Source of the DNA: an uncultured cyanobacterium
GTDB taxonomy: Bacteria; Cyanobacteriota; Cyanobacteriia; CAKZMO01
Reading direction: 5' to 3'
Length of the DNA: 64,000 bases
NCBI GenBank assembly: GCA_963719515.1
Contig: CAVRCJ010000006.1
Span: forward strand, 256,001-320,000
Shown here: positions 39,445-49,453 of the stretch, one piece after another
Position numbering within the stretch: position 1 is the stretch's first letter
How the letters are laid out: each line of letters begins with the position of its first letter
Notes under the pieces: generated by a model
What the model was told of the DNA's origin: nothing
Seen by the model: the letters and a program-made list of their open reading frames with translations, nothing else
Databases searched by the model: none
Made by a program: the position numbers and the translations under genes

Positions 39445-40818
39445 GGGCTGCGGCTGTGCCGGCGGCGATCGGCGATACCAGCGACACAGCTTCTGGGGGG
39501 GGATTCCTATCAGGTAGCCCAAGACAATCAGCTGATTGATTACGGTGGTCTGCAAGATCCCCACTGTTCTCCAGCGTCTTCCCGAGGTCGTGACGGCCTC
39601 GGGCAAAATGGCCAAGTCTCCCTGCCGCCGCAGCTGCCGCACAAACTCAAAGTCTTCCATAATAGGCAGGTCTGGAAACCCGCCCAAGGCCTGAAAGCGA
39701 TCGGCTCTGACGAAAAGAGCCTGATCGCCGTAGGGCAGCTTAAAGTACCGCGATCGCCAACCAACGCCCCACTCCACGAGCCGTAGCCCTCTATCCTCTC
39801 CGCGAATTTTGAGGGAAAAAGCGCCTGCAACTGGTGGCGCGGCGGCGCGATTACTGCTGCGAGCACCCACCAAGGTCTGACGGATCAAGGTGATAAAGCG
39901 ATCGGGAAGCTGCGTGTCGCCATGCAAAAACAGCAGAATGTCTCCTTGAGCGATCGCCGCTCCGGCATTCATTTGGCGGGCGCGTCCGGGCTCTGTTGAA
40001 ATCACCGTAGCGCCGCTCGCCTGGGCCAAGCCCACGGTTTTATCAGCGCTGCTGCCGTCCACCACAATAATCTCTACCCCTTCCGCATCCCGAAGCTGGC
40101 GCTGCAGGACGCTTAGCCCTGCTTGAATACGAGACGCCTCGTCCAGCACGGGCATGATGATGGAAATGGTTTCTGTGGTCGCGGGTAAGGGGCGCTGGGC
40201 GACGGCCTGCCACTGCGCTAGGTCATGAGGGTAGTCGACGTCTGTGAGCGGAGGGAGTTTCTGGCACGCTAGACCCAGCGACTTCACCTGAGCCTCTGTC
40301 TGGGCCAAGACGCGATCGCTGCTCCATTCAATGCCGCGAAATAGCTCTGCCCATTGGGCATGTGCGTCTCGCTTGAGGCCAATAAGATAATAGCCCCCAT
40401 CGCTGGCCGGCCCCAAAACAACGTCGTGGGTTTCAAGCGCCTCACAGGCCTCTCGCAGCCGCTGGGACGTTAGGGCAGGGCAGTCGATGCCAATGGCAAT
40501 TACCCCCGTAGCGGTCTCAAATCCCGAGGCGAAGGCCGTCGTGAGGCGAAGGCCCAGATCTCCTATCCCTTGAGGCACGTAGGTCCAGTCTGGCCCTAGC
40601 CACTGTTCCATTTCAGGGCGATCGCTTCCCGTGTAGCGAACGCTCGCCGTCAGCACTTCTGAGCGAACCAACAGAGCAGCCTGCTGTAGGGTATGTTCCG
40701 TCATCTGCTGCTGCAGGAACGCAGCCCCCGTGGCTCCTAGCGCCGGAATTAGCCGAGTTTTGGTCGTCCCTGGATTGGGGTAGCGTGTGAAAACAAGAAG
40801 ATGGTTTGTCGGGAACAT
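39430..40818 (-). CDS. Fused DUF2064 (TIGR04282-like) + GT2 (TIGR04283-like) arsenosugar-biosynthesis-type glycosyltransferase
   Basis: TKTRL, GIDCP, GPASDGGYYLIG and DVD in the N-half; VDG.S.D, GRARQMN.GA, LHGD, YGDQ, MED and TSGRRW in the C-half. Confidence 0.88.
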   Translation of the reverse strand: MFPTNHLLVFTRYPNPGTTKTRLIPALGATGAAFLQQQMTEHTLQQAALLVRSEVLTASVRYTGSDRPEMEQWLGPDWTYVPQGIGDLGLRLTTAFASGFETATGVIAIGIDCPALTSQRLREACEALETHDVVLGPASDGGYYLIGLKRDAHAQWAELFRGIEWSSDRVLAQTEAQVKSLGLACQKLPPLTDVDYPHDLAQWQAVAQRPLPATTETISIIMPVLDEASRIQAGLSVLQRQLRDAEGVEIIVVDGSSADKTVGLAQASGATVISTEPGRARQMNAGAAIAQGDILLFLHGDTQLPDRFITLIRQTLVGARSSNRAAAPPVAGAFSLKIRGEDRGLRLVEWGVGWRSRYFKLPYGDQALFVRADRFQALGGFPDLPIMEDFEFVRQLRRQGDLAILPEAVTTSGRRWRTVGILQTTVINQLIVLGYLIGIPPQKLCRWYRRSPPAQPQPLQNS

Positions 40819-41022
40819 CGCTGAGTAGGGGCAGAAAAACTAAGGAATGAAATCCAATGTGGTGATAGTGCAACCATAAGCGAAAAGTCAAAGAGCCTGA
40901 TGAACGCGGGCTGAGAACCCTTGAAGGAGTCAGGACTTTTTTTGGAAACCTAGCCATCTGTAGAGCCATCCTCTGTGGGGGGAAGATCTCAGCGCCTTAA
41001 ACCACGCGGACAGTGCGGAAAT

Positions 41023-41038
41023 TGTGATATCTATCACG
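41023..41038. promoter_or_regulatory. Putative CRP-family binding site
   Basis: TGTGA-TATCTA-TCACG (9/10 match to TGTGA-N6-TCACA) with an AAAT flank. Confidence 0.5.
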
Positions 41039-41466
41039 CTGTTTCCTGCAGATCATCACACGGGTTGATCCGGTCGATCACGTTGCTTAGGTTGCAGTCA
41101 GGGGATGATGTGAAGCATCAGGAACTGGTACAGCGTCAGTCGCTCATTCGAATACCTTGATAGATGCTAGAGATATGATGCTATGTCATCCCTGACAACG
41201 CGGACGCTATCTAGCTAGATTTGGTCCGCTCCGTAAAATTGCTGAGTGAATGGCTGTCATGCTGCCCTTATGGCGGATGTAGGCCGAGCTGTCTTCTGAA
41301 TATGTTGGAACTAGCGTGAGATGCGCAAAGAGCTCAACAGACTTTAGATAGCGCCGTTATATCAGTAGTAGACAGGTGAATGCTTAAAGCAAGCGGCATG
41401 GGTCTGGGTTGACGATAGGTCTGGGGCTGGTGGCAGCGATAATTTTTGGGGAAGAGGGCATTGATA

Positions 41467-42057
41467 ATGAAGAGGATTGAGACTAGATCGCGCCGCTCGC
41501 GTCAATTTGAAGGCTGGTTGACCTGGCAGCACGTTAAACGCCCTCTGGCAGGTCTTGTATTGACGCTAGGGCTGCTGGCCAGTGGGTTTCCCGGCTTTTA
41601 TTTTAAGTTCAATAGTGCGATCGCTTTGCCTAGTTCTGTGATTACTGAGGAAGCTTCTAAGCAGACTTCGGCAGACCTGCGCTCAGCAACCCCTAACTCA
41701 GCGCTGCCTAGCGACGGAGTTTACCTATACGGTGAGTCCTCTGAGCCAAATCAGGTTGGGCAAGTCTACGCCGTGTTTGAAGTGACCGACAGCGAGACGG
41801 TGGGCGCGTTCTATATGCCGTCTTCCTCTTTCGACTGCTTTTACGGTGAGGTTGACGCCCAAGAACTCGATTTGATGATTGTCAACAGCTACGAGCAGTC
41901 AGCCTATCCTTATTCCGTCCCCTTAACCTACGAAAACGTCGCAGGCGCGTCCGGAAGTGTCCCCGTGCCGGAGGGCTATCACCGCATCGATGAGCTGAGC
42001 CAGCAGGATTATCAGATTCTGAGTACCTGCCGCAGCAATAGCTCCCAAGCAATTTAG
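41467..42057 (+). CDS. Conserved cyanobacterial hypothetical exported protein
   Basis: DGVYLYG.S.EP.Q.G..Y.VFE and [14 protein letters not shown] pattern; signal-like N-terminus. Confidence 0.75.
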   Translation: MKRIETRSRRSRQFEGWLTWQHVKRPLAGLVLTLGLLASGFPGFYFKFNSAIALPSSVITEEASKQTSADLRSATPNSALPSDGVYLYGESSEPNQVGQVYAVFEVTDSETVGAFYMPSSSFDCFYGEVDAQELDLMIVNSYEQSAYPYSVPLTYENVAGASGSVPVPEGYHRIDELSQQDYQILSTCRSNSSQAI

Positions 42058-42170
42058 TCTCCATTGAGCTGCAGACATTTAGCTACAGAAGGTCTCTTTT
42101 AAAAGAACTCCAGCGGTCATTCTGGTACAATCGTGACCCTGCAGTTCATCTTGGCTCGAAAGGAAATCTC

Positions 42171-43166
42171 ATGGCGCGCCTATTCTACGACGCTGACGCA
42201 AATTTAGATTTACTCAACGGTAAGACCGTCGCCATTATTGGCTATGGGTCTCAGGGGCATGCCCACGCCCTGAATTTGAAGGACAGCGGCGTCAATGTCG
42301 TTGTGGGACTGTACCCCGGCAGCCGTTCAACTCAAAAGGCGGAAGATCAGGGCCTAACCGTCAAGTCGGTAGCCGATGCGGCAGCCGTGGCTGACTTCAT
42401 CATGGTTCTTCTCCCCGACGAGGTGCAGCGCTCTGTGTACGCAGAGGCGATCGCTCCCAACCTCAAAGAAGGTAACGTCCTTGCCTTTGCCCACGGGTTC
42501 AACATTAACTTCGCTCAAATCGTGCCGCCAGAATCGGTAGACGTGGTGATGGTCGCCCCTAAAGGGCCAGGGCATTTAGTGCGGCGCACCTACGAGCAAG
42601 GCCAAGGGGTTCCCTGTCTGTTTGCCATCTATCAAGATGCCTCGGGTCAGGCCCGCGATCGCGCCATGGCCTATGCCAAAGGCATTGGCGGCACCCGAGC
42701 CGGAATCCTAGAAACCACTTTCCGAGAAGAGACGGAAACAGATCTATTCGGGGAGCAGGTAGTGCTCTGTGGCGGTTTGAGCGAGCTGATTAAGGCAGGC
42801 TTCGAAACGCTGGTAGATGCTGGGTACCAACCTGAGCTAGCCTACTTTGAGTGCCTACATGAGGTGAAACTCATCGTTGACCTAGTGGTTGAGGGGGGGT
42901 TAGCTAAAATGCGCGACAGCATCTCCAATACGGCAGAGTATGGCGACTATACCCGAGGCCCGCGCATCATCACGGATGAGACCCGCGCCGAAATGAAAAA
43001 GATTTTGCGGGAGATTCAAACGGGACAATTTGCCCGCGAATTTGTCACAGAGAATATGGCCGGTAAGGCGATGTTCAACGCGACGCGCCGTCGGGAAGCC
43101 GAGCACCCGATTGAAGAGGTGGGTCAGGATTTACGGGCAATGTTTAGCTGGCTGAAAAAGGTCTAA
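42171..43166 (+). CDS. ilvC: Ketol-acid reductoisomerase
   Basis: [30 protein letters not shown] and SNTAEYG motifs. Confidence 0.98.
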   Translation: MARLFYDADANLDLLNGKTVAIIGYGSQGHAHALNLKDSGVNVVVGLYPGSRSTQKAEDQGLTVKSVADAAAVADFIMVLLPDEVQRSVYAEAIAPNLKEGNVLAFAHGFNINFAQIVPPESVDVVMVAPKGPGHLVRRTYEQGQGVPCLFAIYQDASGQARDRAMAYAKGIGGTRAGILETTFREETETDLFGEQVVLCGGLSELIKAGFETLVDAGYQPELAYFECLHEVKLIVDLVVEGGLAKMRDSISNTAEYGDYTRGPRIITDETRAEMKKILREIQTGQFAREFVTENMAGKAMFNATRRREAEHPIEEVGQDLRAMFSWLKKV

Positions 43167-43199
43167 GCCCGCTGCGCAACTGAACCGCCAAGCAATTTA

Positions 43200-43234
43200 A
43201 ACCCCCCGTATTCTTGAAGAATACGGGGGGTTTT
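43200..43234. terminator. Bidirectional terminator between ilvC and dps
   Basis: AACCCCCCGTATTC...GAATACGGGGGTT stem between convergent genes. Confidence 0.8.
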
Positions 43235-43254
43235 GTCAGCGAAAGGCTGGCGCT

Positions 43255-43785
43255 CTACTTGGCAGCTTCAACCAGGTGGGCTTCCAAGAACCACAGCCGC
43301 ATATCCGCCGTCCGGGAAATCTCGGTATACAGATCTGCGGTGTCTTTATCTCCTAGCTCATCGCAGGCGTCGATTCCGGCGCGGAGGTGGGCGGCGTAGC
43401 TACCGTAGCGGTCTGCCAAGGCGACGACGTGATCTCGGCCGCTGACGGCATCGTAGGGATATTCCTCTAGAACAGATTCTTCAGCAGCAGTGCGGGCCGT
43501 TCCCATGGCGATTCCGGCTAGGGCAGTGACGCGCTCGGCAACCATATCAACGTACTCCTCAAGCTCTGTCGCCATCTCGTCGAACAGCTCATGGAGCTGA
43601 TAGAAATTCATCCCCTTGACGTTCCAGTGAGCTTGCTTGACCTGGGTTTTGAGGTCTAACGTCGTTGCTAGGGTTTTGTTGAGATGAGCGATAACAGATT
43701 GGCGGACGTCAGCCGGTAAGTCTATCCGCGTGGGATACTGGCGGCGTTCCGCTTGAACATCATGGCGAGAAACTGTTGCGGTCAT
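43255..43785 (-). CDS. dps: DNA starvation/stationary phase protection protein Dps
   Basis: HWNVKG..F..LH.LFDE, D..AER and LWFLEAH motifs; start after GGAG. Confidence 0.95.
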   Translation of the reverse strand: MTATVSRHDVQAERRQYPTRIDLPADVRQSVIAHLNKTLATTLDLKTQVKQAHWNVKGMNFYQLHELFDEMATELEEYVDMVAERVTALAGIAMGTARTAAEESVLEEYPYDAVSGRDHVVALADRYGSYAAHLRAGIDACDELGDKDTADLYTEISRTADMRLWFLEAHLVEAAK

Positions 43786-44009
43786 AGCTTTGCTCCAGTG
43801 AATGTTTGAGCGGTTTAAGCTGCTGGACGACAATGGGCGACTAGTCTGCGCTGAACGTCGGCAGAACTTTGACGAGCGAGCTTGCGAGTCGTGCTGTCGT
43901 CTAGCACTACAATAATCATACTCATAACGACTTCGCTTTGCAAGCCAGAATGCCAACCGCTGCTGACTGGGTCCATAGAGCCTCAGCAGCTATAGCGTGA
44001 TTTCATCTA

Positions 44010-44960
44010 TCAGGCGGCTGGGTCTAGGGTGAAGATATCAACCTCGCCATAGAGCTGCACGGTAATCTCGGCAGTGGCTGCTTGAATCCGGTCTATTTCA
44101 CTGCTGGAGAGCTTCTCTTTCCAAGCGTATAGCGTAGACTGCCGGCTCCTGGGCTGATAGAACACTGAGGTCGACTCCTCGGCATTGGCGTCGGACGTAT
44201 ATTTGTTGACGTAGCGTAGAATTTTGCTATCTAGGTCTAAGTCGAGATAGTCAAAAATTCTTTGGAACTGGTATTGTGGCTCCATAACAACGTCTTCATG
44301 TCTTACAAAAAACCAGTTTGGATATTGATCCCGGTACTTCAATATGACGGAGTTGAGGATTTTCCACAAAAGTATAGCTCTGTCGATAAAGTCCCCTGCG
44401 GTTTTATCAGCGCATAGCGCATCAATTTGGTCAGTGAAGTCGCTTAGCAAGCCTGTCATTAAGGCATCCTGCTTGCGCAGATTTTCAAAGTCAAAGTCCC
44501 ACCCGGCAGCTTTTACGCTGCTTACAAAGGCGAAGGGATTTCGAATCATGCAGATGACTTTGAAGTCGTATGTTTCGTATAGCCAGCCTGCGGATAGGAG
44601 CGCCAGCGGGTCTTTAACAAGAATCCGAGGCCTCAATAGCTCTAGGGCGAGATACTTGCTAAACTTTAAGGGAAGCTTTACGGTAATCCCGGCCGCCCTG
44701 CATTTTTCAATAGCGCCCTGTATGGGATTTGATAGCAAAAGACTGTCGAACGATGACGCTATTTCTTCTTTTTGATCAGAAGATTCAAAATGCGTAAACC
44801 AAGTATCCAGTTTTAAGCTGACGATCTCGTCTGGATAATGAACGTGAAACGGCTCTTGCACATATCTTACTTTTGAATGTTGCGAAATTGTTTTCCCAAT
44901 CCAGGTTGTTCCGGAGCGATGACAGCCGGTCACAAGAATGGGAGAATTATTGTCTTTCAT
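44010..44960 (-). CDS. Sulfotransferase
   Basis: 5'-PSB motif TGCHRSGTTW, EP, KDP, IRNP....SS and RHED. Confidence 0.85.
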   Translation of the reverse strand: MKDNNSPILVTGCHRSGTTWIGKTISQHSKVRYVQEPFHVHYPDEIVSLKLDTWFTHFESSDQKEEIASSFDSLLLSNPIQGAIEKCRAAGITVKLPLKFSKYLALELLRPRILVKDPLALLSAGWLYETYDFKVICMIRNPFAFVSSVKAAGWDFDFENLRKQDALMTGLLSDFTDQIDALCADKTAGDFIDRAILLWKILNSVILKYRDQYPNWFFVRHEDVVMEPQYQFQRIFDYLDLDLDSKILRYVNKYTSDANAEESTSVFYQPRSRQSTLYAWKEKLSSSEIDRIQAATAEITVQLYGEVDIFTLDPAA

Positions 44961-45355
44961 AAAAATAAGTGTAAGAAATTCCTAGGATGAAGATTTAAAG
45001 TCTAGGTAGTAAGGATTTAGACTTTGGGAGATATTGCCTTTGAATTTATTTTCTTAAACATCTTATATAATCCATTCGCCCTAGTAACTACAGTCGCTAC
45101 ATAAAGTGAGATTGTCAATGTCCCTTAGGCATAGAGGTCTAAAGATCGGTCGAGACTGTTGCTTACGAGCTTGGTCCGTCGGAGCTGTCTTTTGACCTCA
45201 GAATAACTGAAGCAGAATTGGCAGCATAGTCTGGAGCGAGGTCAGATGTCTCAGCTTTGTTTTCTATTCACAATTCTGCCCAGTTTGCAAAAGACCTAAC
45301 CGGCTGCTGCCTCAGCTGTAGCCATTGCACCAAACGAGCCAAGCAGCCTCAAAGC

Positions 45356-45937
45356 CTAAATCCTTAGCGCCTCAATACGGCGAAAATCTTGCTCCACCTC
45401 TAGCCATAGCGCTCGGTTGTGGGGATCGGTGCGCAGAGCTTTCTTCAAGTAGCTATGAGCCTTCGTTGACTGTCCGTTCTTGATCAGAGCACGGGCCCAG
45501 CGCTGATAGGCGATCGCCTGCCACTGCCGCACCTCCGAGTCATCCGGTAGGCGTTGAGCGAGCCCCTCGACCAAGGTCACCGCACGGGGGAACCGCTGCT
45601 CTTTGAGACATTGCTGCAGCTGACTGTAGACATGATGCTTGAGCTTGCGATCCGCATTCGATAGGGTCGTAGCCGGGGAGGGCGGCACGGCGCTAACTCG
45701 AGCCGGGGACGCAGGGGGGCGGGGAAGCGGTTCTGCTGCTTCGCTAGGGCCGAGAGCTGCCATCAGCGCCTTGTAGGCTACCGTTAGCTGAATGAACTGC
45801 TCTTTGGACCACTGCGCATCAGCAGCACTAACGTCGGGATGAAACCGCCTCGCCAAGCGTCGATAAGACGCCTTGACATCAGCAGAAGTTGCGCCCTTGG
45901 ATAGCTCTAGGAGTCGGTAATACTCGGCTAGGTCCAT
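45356..45937 (-). CDS. DnaJ-domain protein with a C-terminal TPR-like helical region
   Basis: J domain with HPD motif; TPR-like pattern ending in DP.N. Confidence 0.88.
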   Translation of the reverse strand: MDLAEYYRLLELSKGATSADVKASYRRLARRFHPDVSAADAQWSKEQFIQLTVAYKALMAALGPSEAAEPLPRPPASPARVSAVPPSPATTLSNADRKLKHHVYSQLQQCLKEQRFPRAVTLVEGLAQRLPDDSEVRQWQAIAYQRWARALIKNGQSTKAHSYLKKALRTDPHNRALWLEVEQDFRRIEALRI

Positions 45938-45957
45938 ACCCTGCTAAATCGGTTTTC

Positions 45958-46563
45958 CTACGCCGCTTCGGCAGGGCTTTCCACCACTTGGTCAATCAAT
46001 CCATATGCCTCAGCCTCTTTCGCAGAGAGAAAATAGTCGCGGTCGGTGTCTTTCTCAATTTGATCCAGCGATCGCCCCGTATGTTGGGCCAGCATCTCGT
46101 TAAGCTCCTGACGCACCCGCAAAATCTGCCGGGCCTCAATATCAATATCAGTCGCCTGACTACGGCCAATACCGCCCATAGGTTGGTGAATCATAATGCG
46201 GGAGTGGGGCAGAGCCAACCGTTTGCCGGGTGTACCGGCAGCAAGCAAAAATGCGCCCATCGAAGCCGCCAGACCGACGCAGATGGTCACCACCTCAGAC
46301 TTAATGTGCTGCATGGTATCGTAAATCGCCATGCCTGCTGTCACCGAGCCACCAGGAGAATTGATGTAGAGGTAGATAGGCTTACCGGGATCTTCAGAAT
46401 CAAGGTAAAGCATGTAGGCCACGATGGCATTGGCAATGCCGTCGTCAACCTCTTCGGCTAGGAAAATGATGCGCTCTCGAAACAGCCGCTCGTAGATGCT
46501 GATCCACTGCTCGTAGGTACTGCCGGGAAGCTTGTAAGGAACGCTAGGAACGCCAATAGGCAT
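45958..46563 (-). CDS. clpP: ATP-dependent Clp protease proteolytic subunit, ClpP3 type
   Basis: MPIGVP.VPY; intact triad GLAASM, MIHQP, TDRD. Confidence 0.95.
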   Translation of the reverse strand: MPIGVPSVPYKLPGSTYEQWISIYERLFRERIIFLAEEVDDGIANAIVAYMLYLDSEDPGKPIYLYINSPGGSVTAGMAIYDTMQHIKSEVVTICVGLAASMGAFLLAAGTPGKRLALPHSRIMIHQPMGGIGRSQATDIDIEARQILRVRQELNEMLAQHTGRSLDQIEKDTDRDYFLSAKEAEAYGLIDQVVESPAEAA

Positions 46564-46624
46564 GGGAGTCTACCAAATGAAGAATAACTAAAGGGCATGA
46601 GGGGCGCGAGAGGGCACCTCAACG

Positions 46625-47260
46625 CTAATTGGACTGAAGAACTTCATCAATTAGCCCGTAGTCCTGAGCCTCTTGGGGAGACATATAGAACATGCGGTTC
46701 ATGTCGCGCTCAATCTTTTCAACCGGCTGTCCCGTGTTTTGGGAAAAGATATCAAGGACTAGATCGCGCTTAGCCAGCACCTGAGCGGCATTGATTTGAA
46801 TATCGGTCGCCTGTCCCTGGGTGCCTGAAACGGCGTGGTTGAATGCGATTGTCGCGTGGGGCAAGCTGGCGCGCTTCCCTTTGCTCCCTGAAGAGAGCAG
46901 TAGCGCTGCCATGCCAACGGCCTGCCCCAAACAGATGGTTACAACATCCGACTTGATTTGCTGCAGGGTGTCATAGATGGCCATCCCGGCCACCACGGAG
47001 GATAGACCTGCGGCCACTGAACTGAGTCCGGCGCTGACGGGATCACCAATCGAGTTGATGTACAAGTAGATTGGCTTGCCAGGATCATCTGACTCCAAGT
47101 AAAGCACCGTGGAGATGACTGAATTTGCCACCCCATCTGTGATTGGCTGGTTGAGAAAAATGATTCGGTCCTGGCTCATGCGGGTGTAGATGTTAATCCA
47201 CTGCCACTGCTGGCTGCCGGGGATGTTATAGGGAACCCGAAGCGGGCGATCAACAGGCAT
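46625..47260 (-). CDS. Extra catalytically inactive Clp subunit (ClpP3/ClpR chimera-like)
   Basis: Catalytic Ser replaced (GQAVGM), His replaced (AFNH), Asp replaced (MNRMF). Confidence 0.85.
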   Translation of the reverse strand: MPVDRPLRVPYNIPGSQQWQWINIYTRMSQDRIIFLNQPITDGVANSVISTVLYLESDDPGKPIYLYINSIGDPVSAGLSSVAAGLSSVVAGMAIYDTLQQIKSDVVTICLGQAVGMAALLLSSGSKGKRASLPHATIAFNHAVSGTQGQATDIQINAAQVLAKRDLVLDIFSQNTGQPVEKIERDMNRMFYMSPQEAQDYGLIDEVLQSN

Positions 47261-47322
47261 AGGTCAAACTGTGGTGTACGAAGTTGAATGCGATGTTCTA
47301 ACCGGGGCCAAAGATGCAGCGG

Positions 47323-48015
47323 CTAAGAGGCGATCGCTGAAAGGGGCTGAGGCAGTTCTTTGGCACTCTCTAGAACGCGGTCAATAATGCCGTAGGTCTT
47401 GGCCTCTTCCGGCGTCATGTAAAGCATTCGGTCTGTATCTTTTTCCAGCTTGTCCACGGTTTGACCCGTTGTGCCCGACAAAATGTCCAGCATGGCCCGA
47501 CGGTTTTGCAGCACCTCTTTGGCACGGATCTGGATATCAGTGGCCTGACCTCTCGCGCCCGAGCGAGCCTGGTTAAGCACGATCGTAGCGTGGGGTAGGC
47601 TCGCTCGGGAGCCCTTAGTACCCGCTGACAGAATCATCGCAGCCGTTCCCATTGCTTGCCCAAGACAGATGGTGTGCACGGGCGGTTTGATATATTGAAT
47701 GGTGTCGCAGATGGCGAAGGCTTCGGTTTCGTAGCCCACTGCATCTCCGGTGTACCACGAGGTGCCTGTGGAGTTGATGTAGAAGAAGATCGGCTTCTCG
47801 GCGTTATCAAACTGTAGGTACAGCAGCTGGGCAATAATGAGCTTAGTCACATCTACTCCCATCTGCCGCTTAGCGTCATCCGAGGAGAATAGCGGCAGAC
47901 CTAGGTAGACGATTCTCTCCTTAAGCAAAAGCGAAGGGAGGTCTGGCGGCGGTGTCCGGTAGGCAGCGTCTCCGCCATAGTAGGGCGACTGAACAGCCTT
48001 AATGGGTGAGGTCAT
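47323..48015 (-). CDS. clpR: ClpR, non-proteolytic Clp subunit
   Basis: RTPPPDLPSLLLKERIVYLG, ETEAFAICDT and GQAMG motifs. Confidence 0.93.
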   Translation of the reverse strand: MTSPIKAVQSPYYGGDAAYRTPPPDLPSLLLKERIVYLGLPLFSSDDAKRQMGVDVTKLIIAQLLYLQFDNAEKPIFFYINSTGTSWYTGDAVGYETEAFAICDTIQYIKPPVHTICLGQAMGTAAMILSAGTKGSRASLPHATIVLNQARSGARGQATDIQIRAKEVLQNRRAMLDILSGTTGQTVDKLEKDTDRMLYMTPEEAKTYGIIDRVLESAKELPQPLSAIAS

Positions 48016-48205
48016 AGTAGAGTTAGCGTGACGTGACGTGACAGCAGTACTATTTAACGTATAGAAACCATAGTAGCGTGGTCACTGTGCGAGTGTTAGC
48101 GGTCTGGCGGGGATTACTGAGCCTGCTGTGGTACGGAGAACCGCCCTCTGTAGGGAAAAAGGAAACTTTCTGAGCGCGATTAATTTGGCGCGCAGGCGAG
48201 TTAAA

Positions 48206-48238
48206 CCAGCCGTCAAGCTAAATTAGCTTGACGGCTGG
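48206..48238. terminator. 15 bp perfect inverted repeat between the RRM gene and clpR
   Basis: CCAGCCGTCAAGCTA-AAT-TAGCTTGACGGCTGG. Confidence 0.65.
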
Positions 48239-48345
48239 CAAATACGCCTCCTCTAGGTTGAGCAAGGGGGGGCTACGACTCAACCTAGCTTTGGTTTATT
48301 ATCTGGGTAAGTTCCAAAAGACTGGAAATGAAGCTCAGCTTCGGA

Positions 48346-48627
48346 TTAGCGGCCGTAGTTACTCCGACCGCCGCTAGGACGAGGTTCGCGAGGCTTGGCC
48401 TTGTTGACCTTCAAGTTGCGACCCATCCATTCAGCACCATCAAGATCTTCAATCGCAACTTCTTCCTTAGATTCATCCTCAAGCTCCACAAAAGCAAAAC
48501 CGCGGGGACGACCGGTTTCGCGATCAGTGGGTAGGCTAACGCGGCTGACGTTGCCATACTCGGCAAACACCTGAGTCAAGTCGTCGCGGGTAATATCGTA
48601 AGACAGGTTTCCAACATAAATAGACAT
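48346..48627 (-). CDS. RRM RNA-binding protein (cyanobacterial Rbp family)
   Basis: IYVGNL (RNP2), RGFAFV (RNP1), short Gly/Arg tail; GGAGA RBS. Confidence 0.95.
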   Translation of the reverse strand: MSIYVGNLSYDITRDDLTQVFAEYGNVSRVSLPTDRETGRPRGFAFVELEDESKEEVAIEDLDGAEWMGRNLKVNKAKPREPRPSGGRSNYGR

Positions 48628-48992
48628 CAGGACATCTCCCAATCAAAACTGTAAAGCGAGTTATACGGAGTTGTACCTGAGACGAGTTTGCAACAAGCTT
48701 GGCCAACCGAAAACTAGCCATGCCAATTATAACATCCTCAAAAATTTGACTGCTACCGTTTTTTGAGGGTTGTCATCGTTCTATTGAATTTGTAAACTAG
48801 CCCTCGCAAAATCAATTTATTTTTGTAACAATGCCGCACATGGGAACTTGAGCAATGCTAGCAAAGGTTATCTTGCATTGAAGCGCTGTAGGGTAAAAGA
48901 TAGGGTTTTCTCTATAGGCAAGACGCTATGTTCTAAAGTGATTTTCGCCAGACCTGTATCGCGACGTCAAAAGGAGTTTGTAGGGGTTGGAG

Positions 48993-49448
48993 ATGACAGT
49001 TTCGTCTGATTTGTTTACGGCTCAAGAGCGGATCGAATCTCTCAAAGCTGGAGTGCTGACGGGCGCGATCGCCATCGGTCCGGCTTTGGGTTTCCCTCTT
49101 TTAAGCAAGGTGGTGAGCGGTGTAGATTATGGCCTTGCCCTGCTGCCCAACGCGGCAGATACTGTCCCCCTAGTTTTTGCCGTTGTCTCTAGCGCCCTGT
49201 TCGGTATCACCTACCGCTATGTCGTGCGCCAAGACCACAACCCTCAGCTCGCCGCTGGGGTTGTGGGGGCCTTTGGTTTAGTACGAGGGCTCGCCCAGAT
49301 AGAGACTGGCATAGGGGGAGCGGCCGGGTGGGTGCTGGCGCTAAAGCTAGGGGAGAGCATGGCGCTGTTCGCGATCGCTCAGTTCGGGCTACAGATAGCG
49401 CTACAGCGGCGATGGCTTCAGCCTTTTGGGGCAGCCCCGCGGCCTTGA
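48993..49448 (+). CDS. Conserved hypothetical membrane protein
   Basis: ERIESLKAG, LFG.TYRY.VR.D.N.QL..G...AFGLVRGL pattern. Confidence 0.8.
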   Translation: MTVSSDLFTAQERIESLKAGVLTGAIAIGPALGFPLLSKVVSGVDYGLALLPNAADTVPLVFAVVSSALFGITYRYVVRQDHNPQLAAGVVGAFGLVRGLAQIETGIGGAAGWVLALKLGESMALFAIAQFGLQIALQRRWLQPFGAAPRP

Positions 49449-49453
49449 GCGGT

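Noticed and set aside
40895..40950. TPP riboswitch-like GGGCTGAGAACCC
   Set aside because: Lacks the ACCTGAT and P4/P5 consensus and is not upstream of a thiamine gene; the thiE upstream region also lacks the consensus.
45958..48015. ClpP or the M14 peptidase as the activating protease of the gasdermin-like protein
   Set aside because: They are core genes 8-17 kb away, not caspase/trypsin/subtilase types, and the candidate has no obvious tail to cleave.
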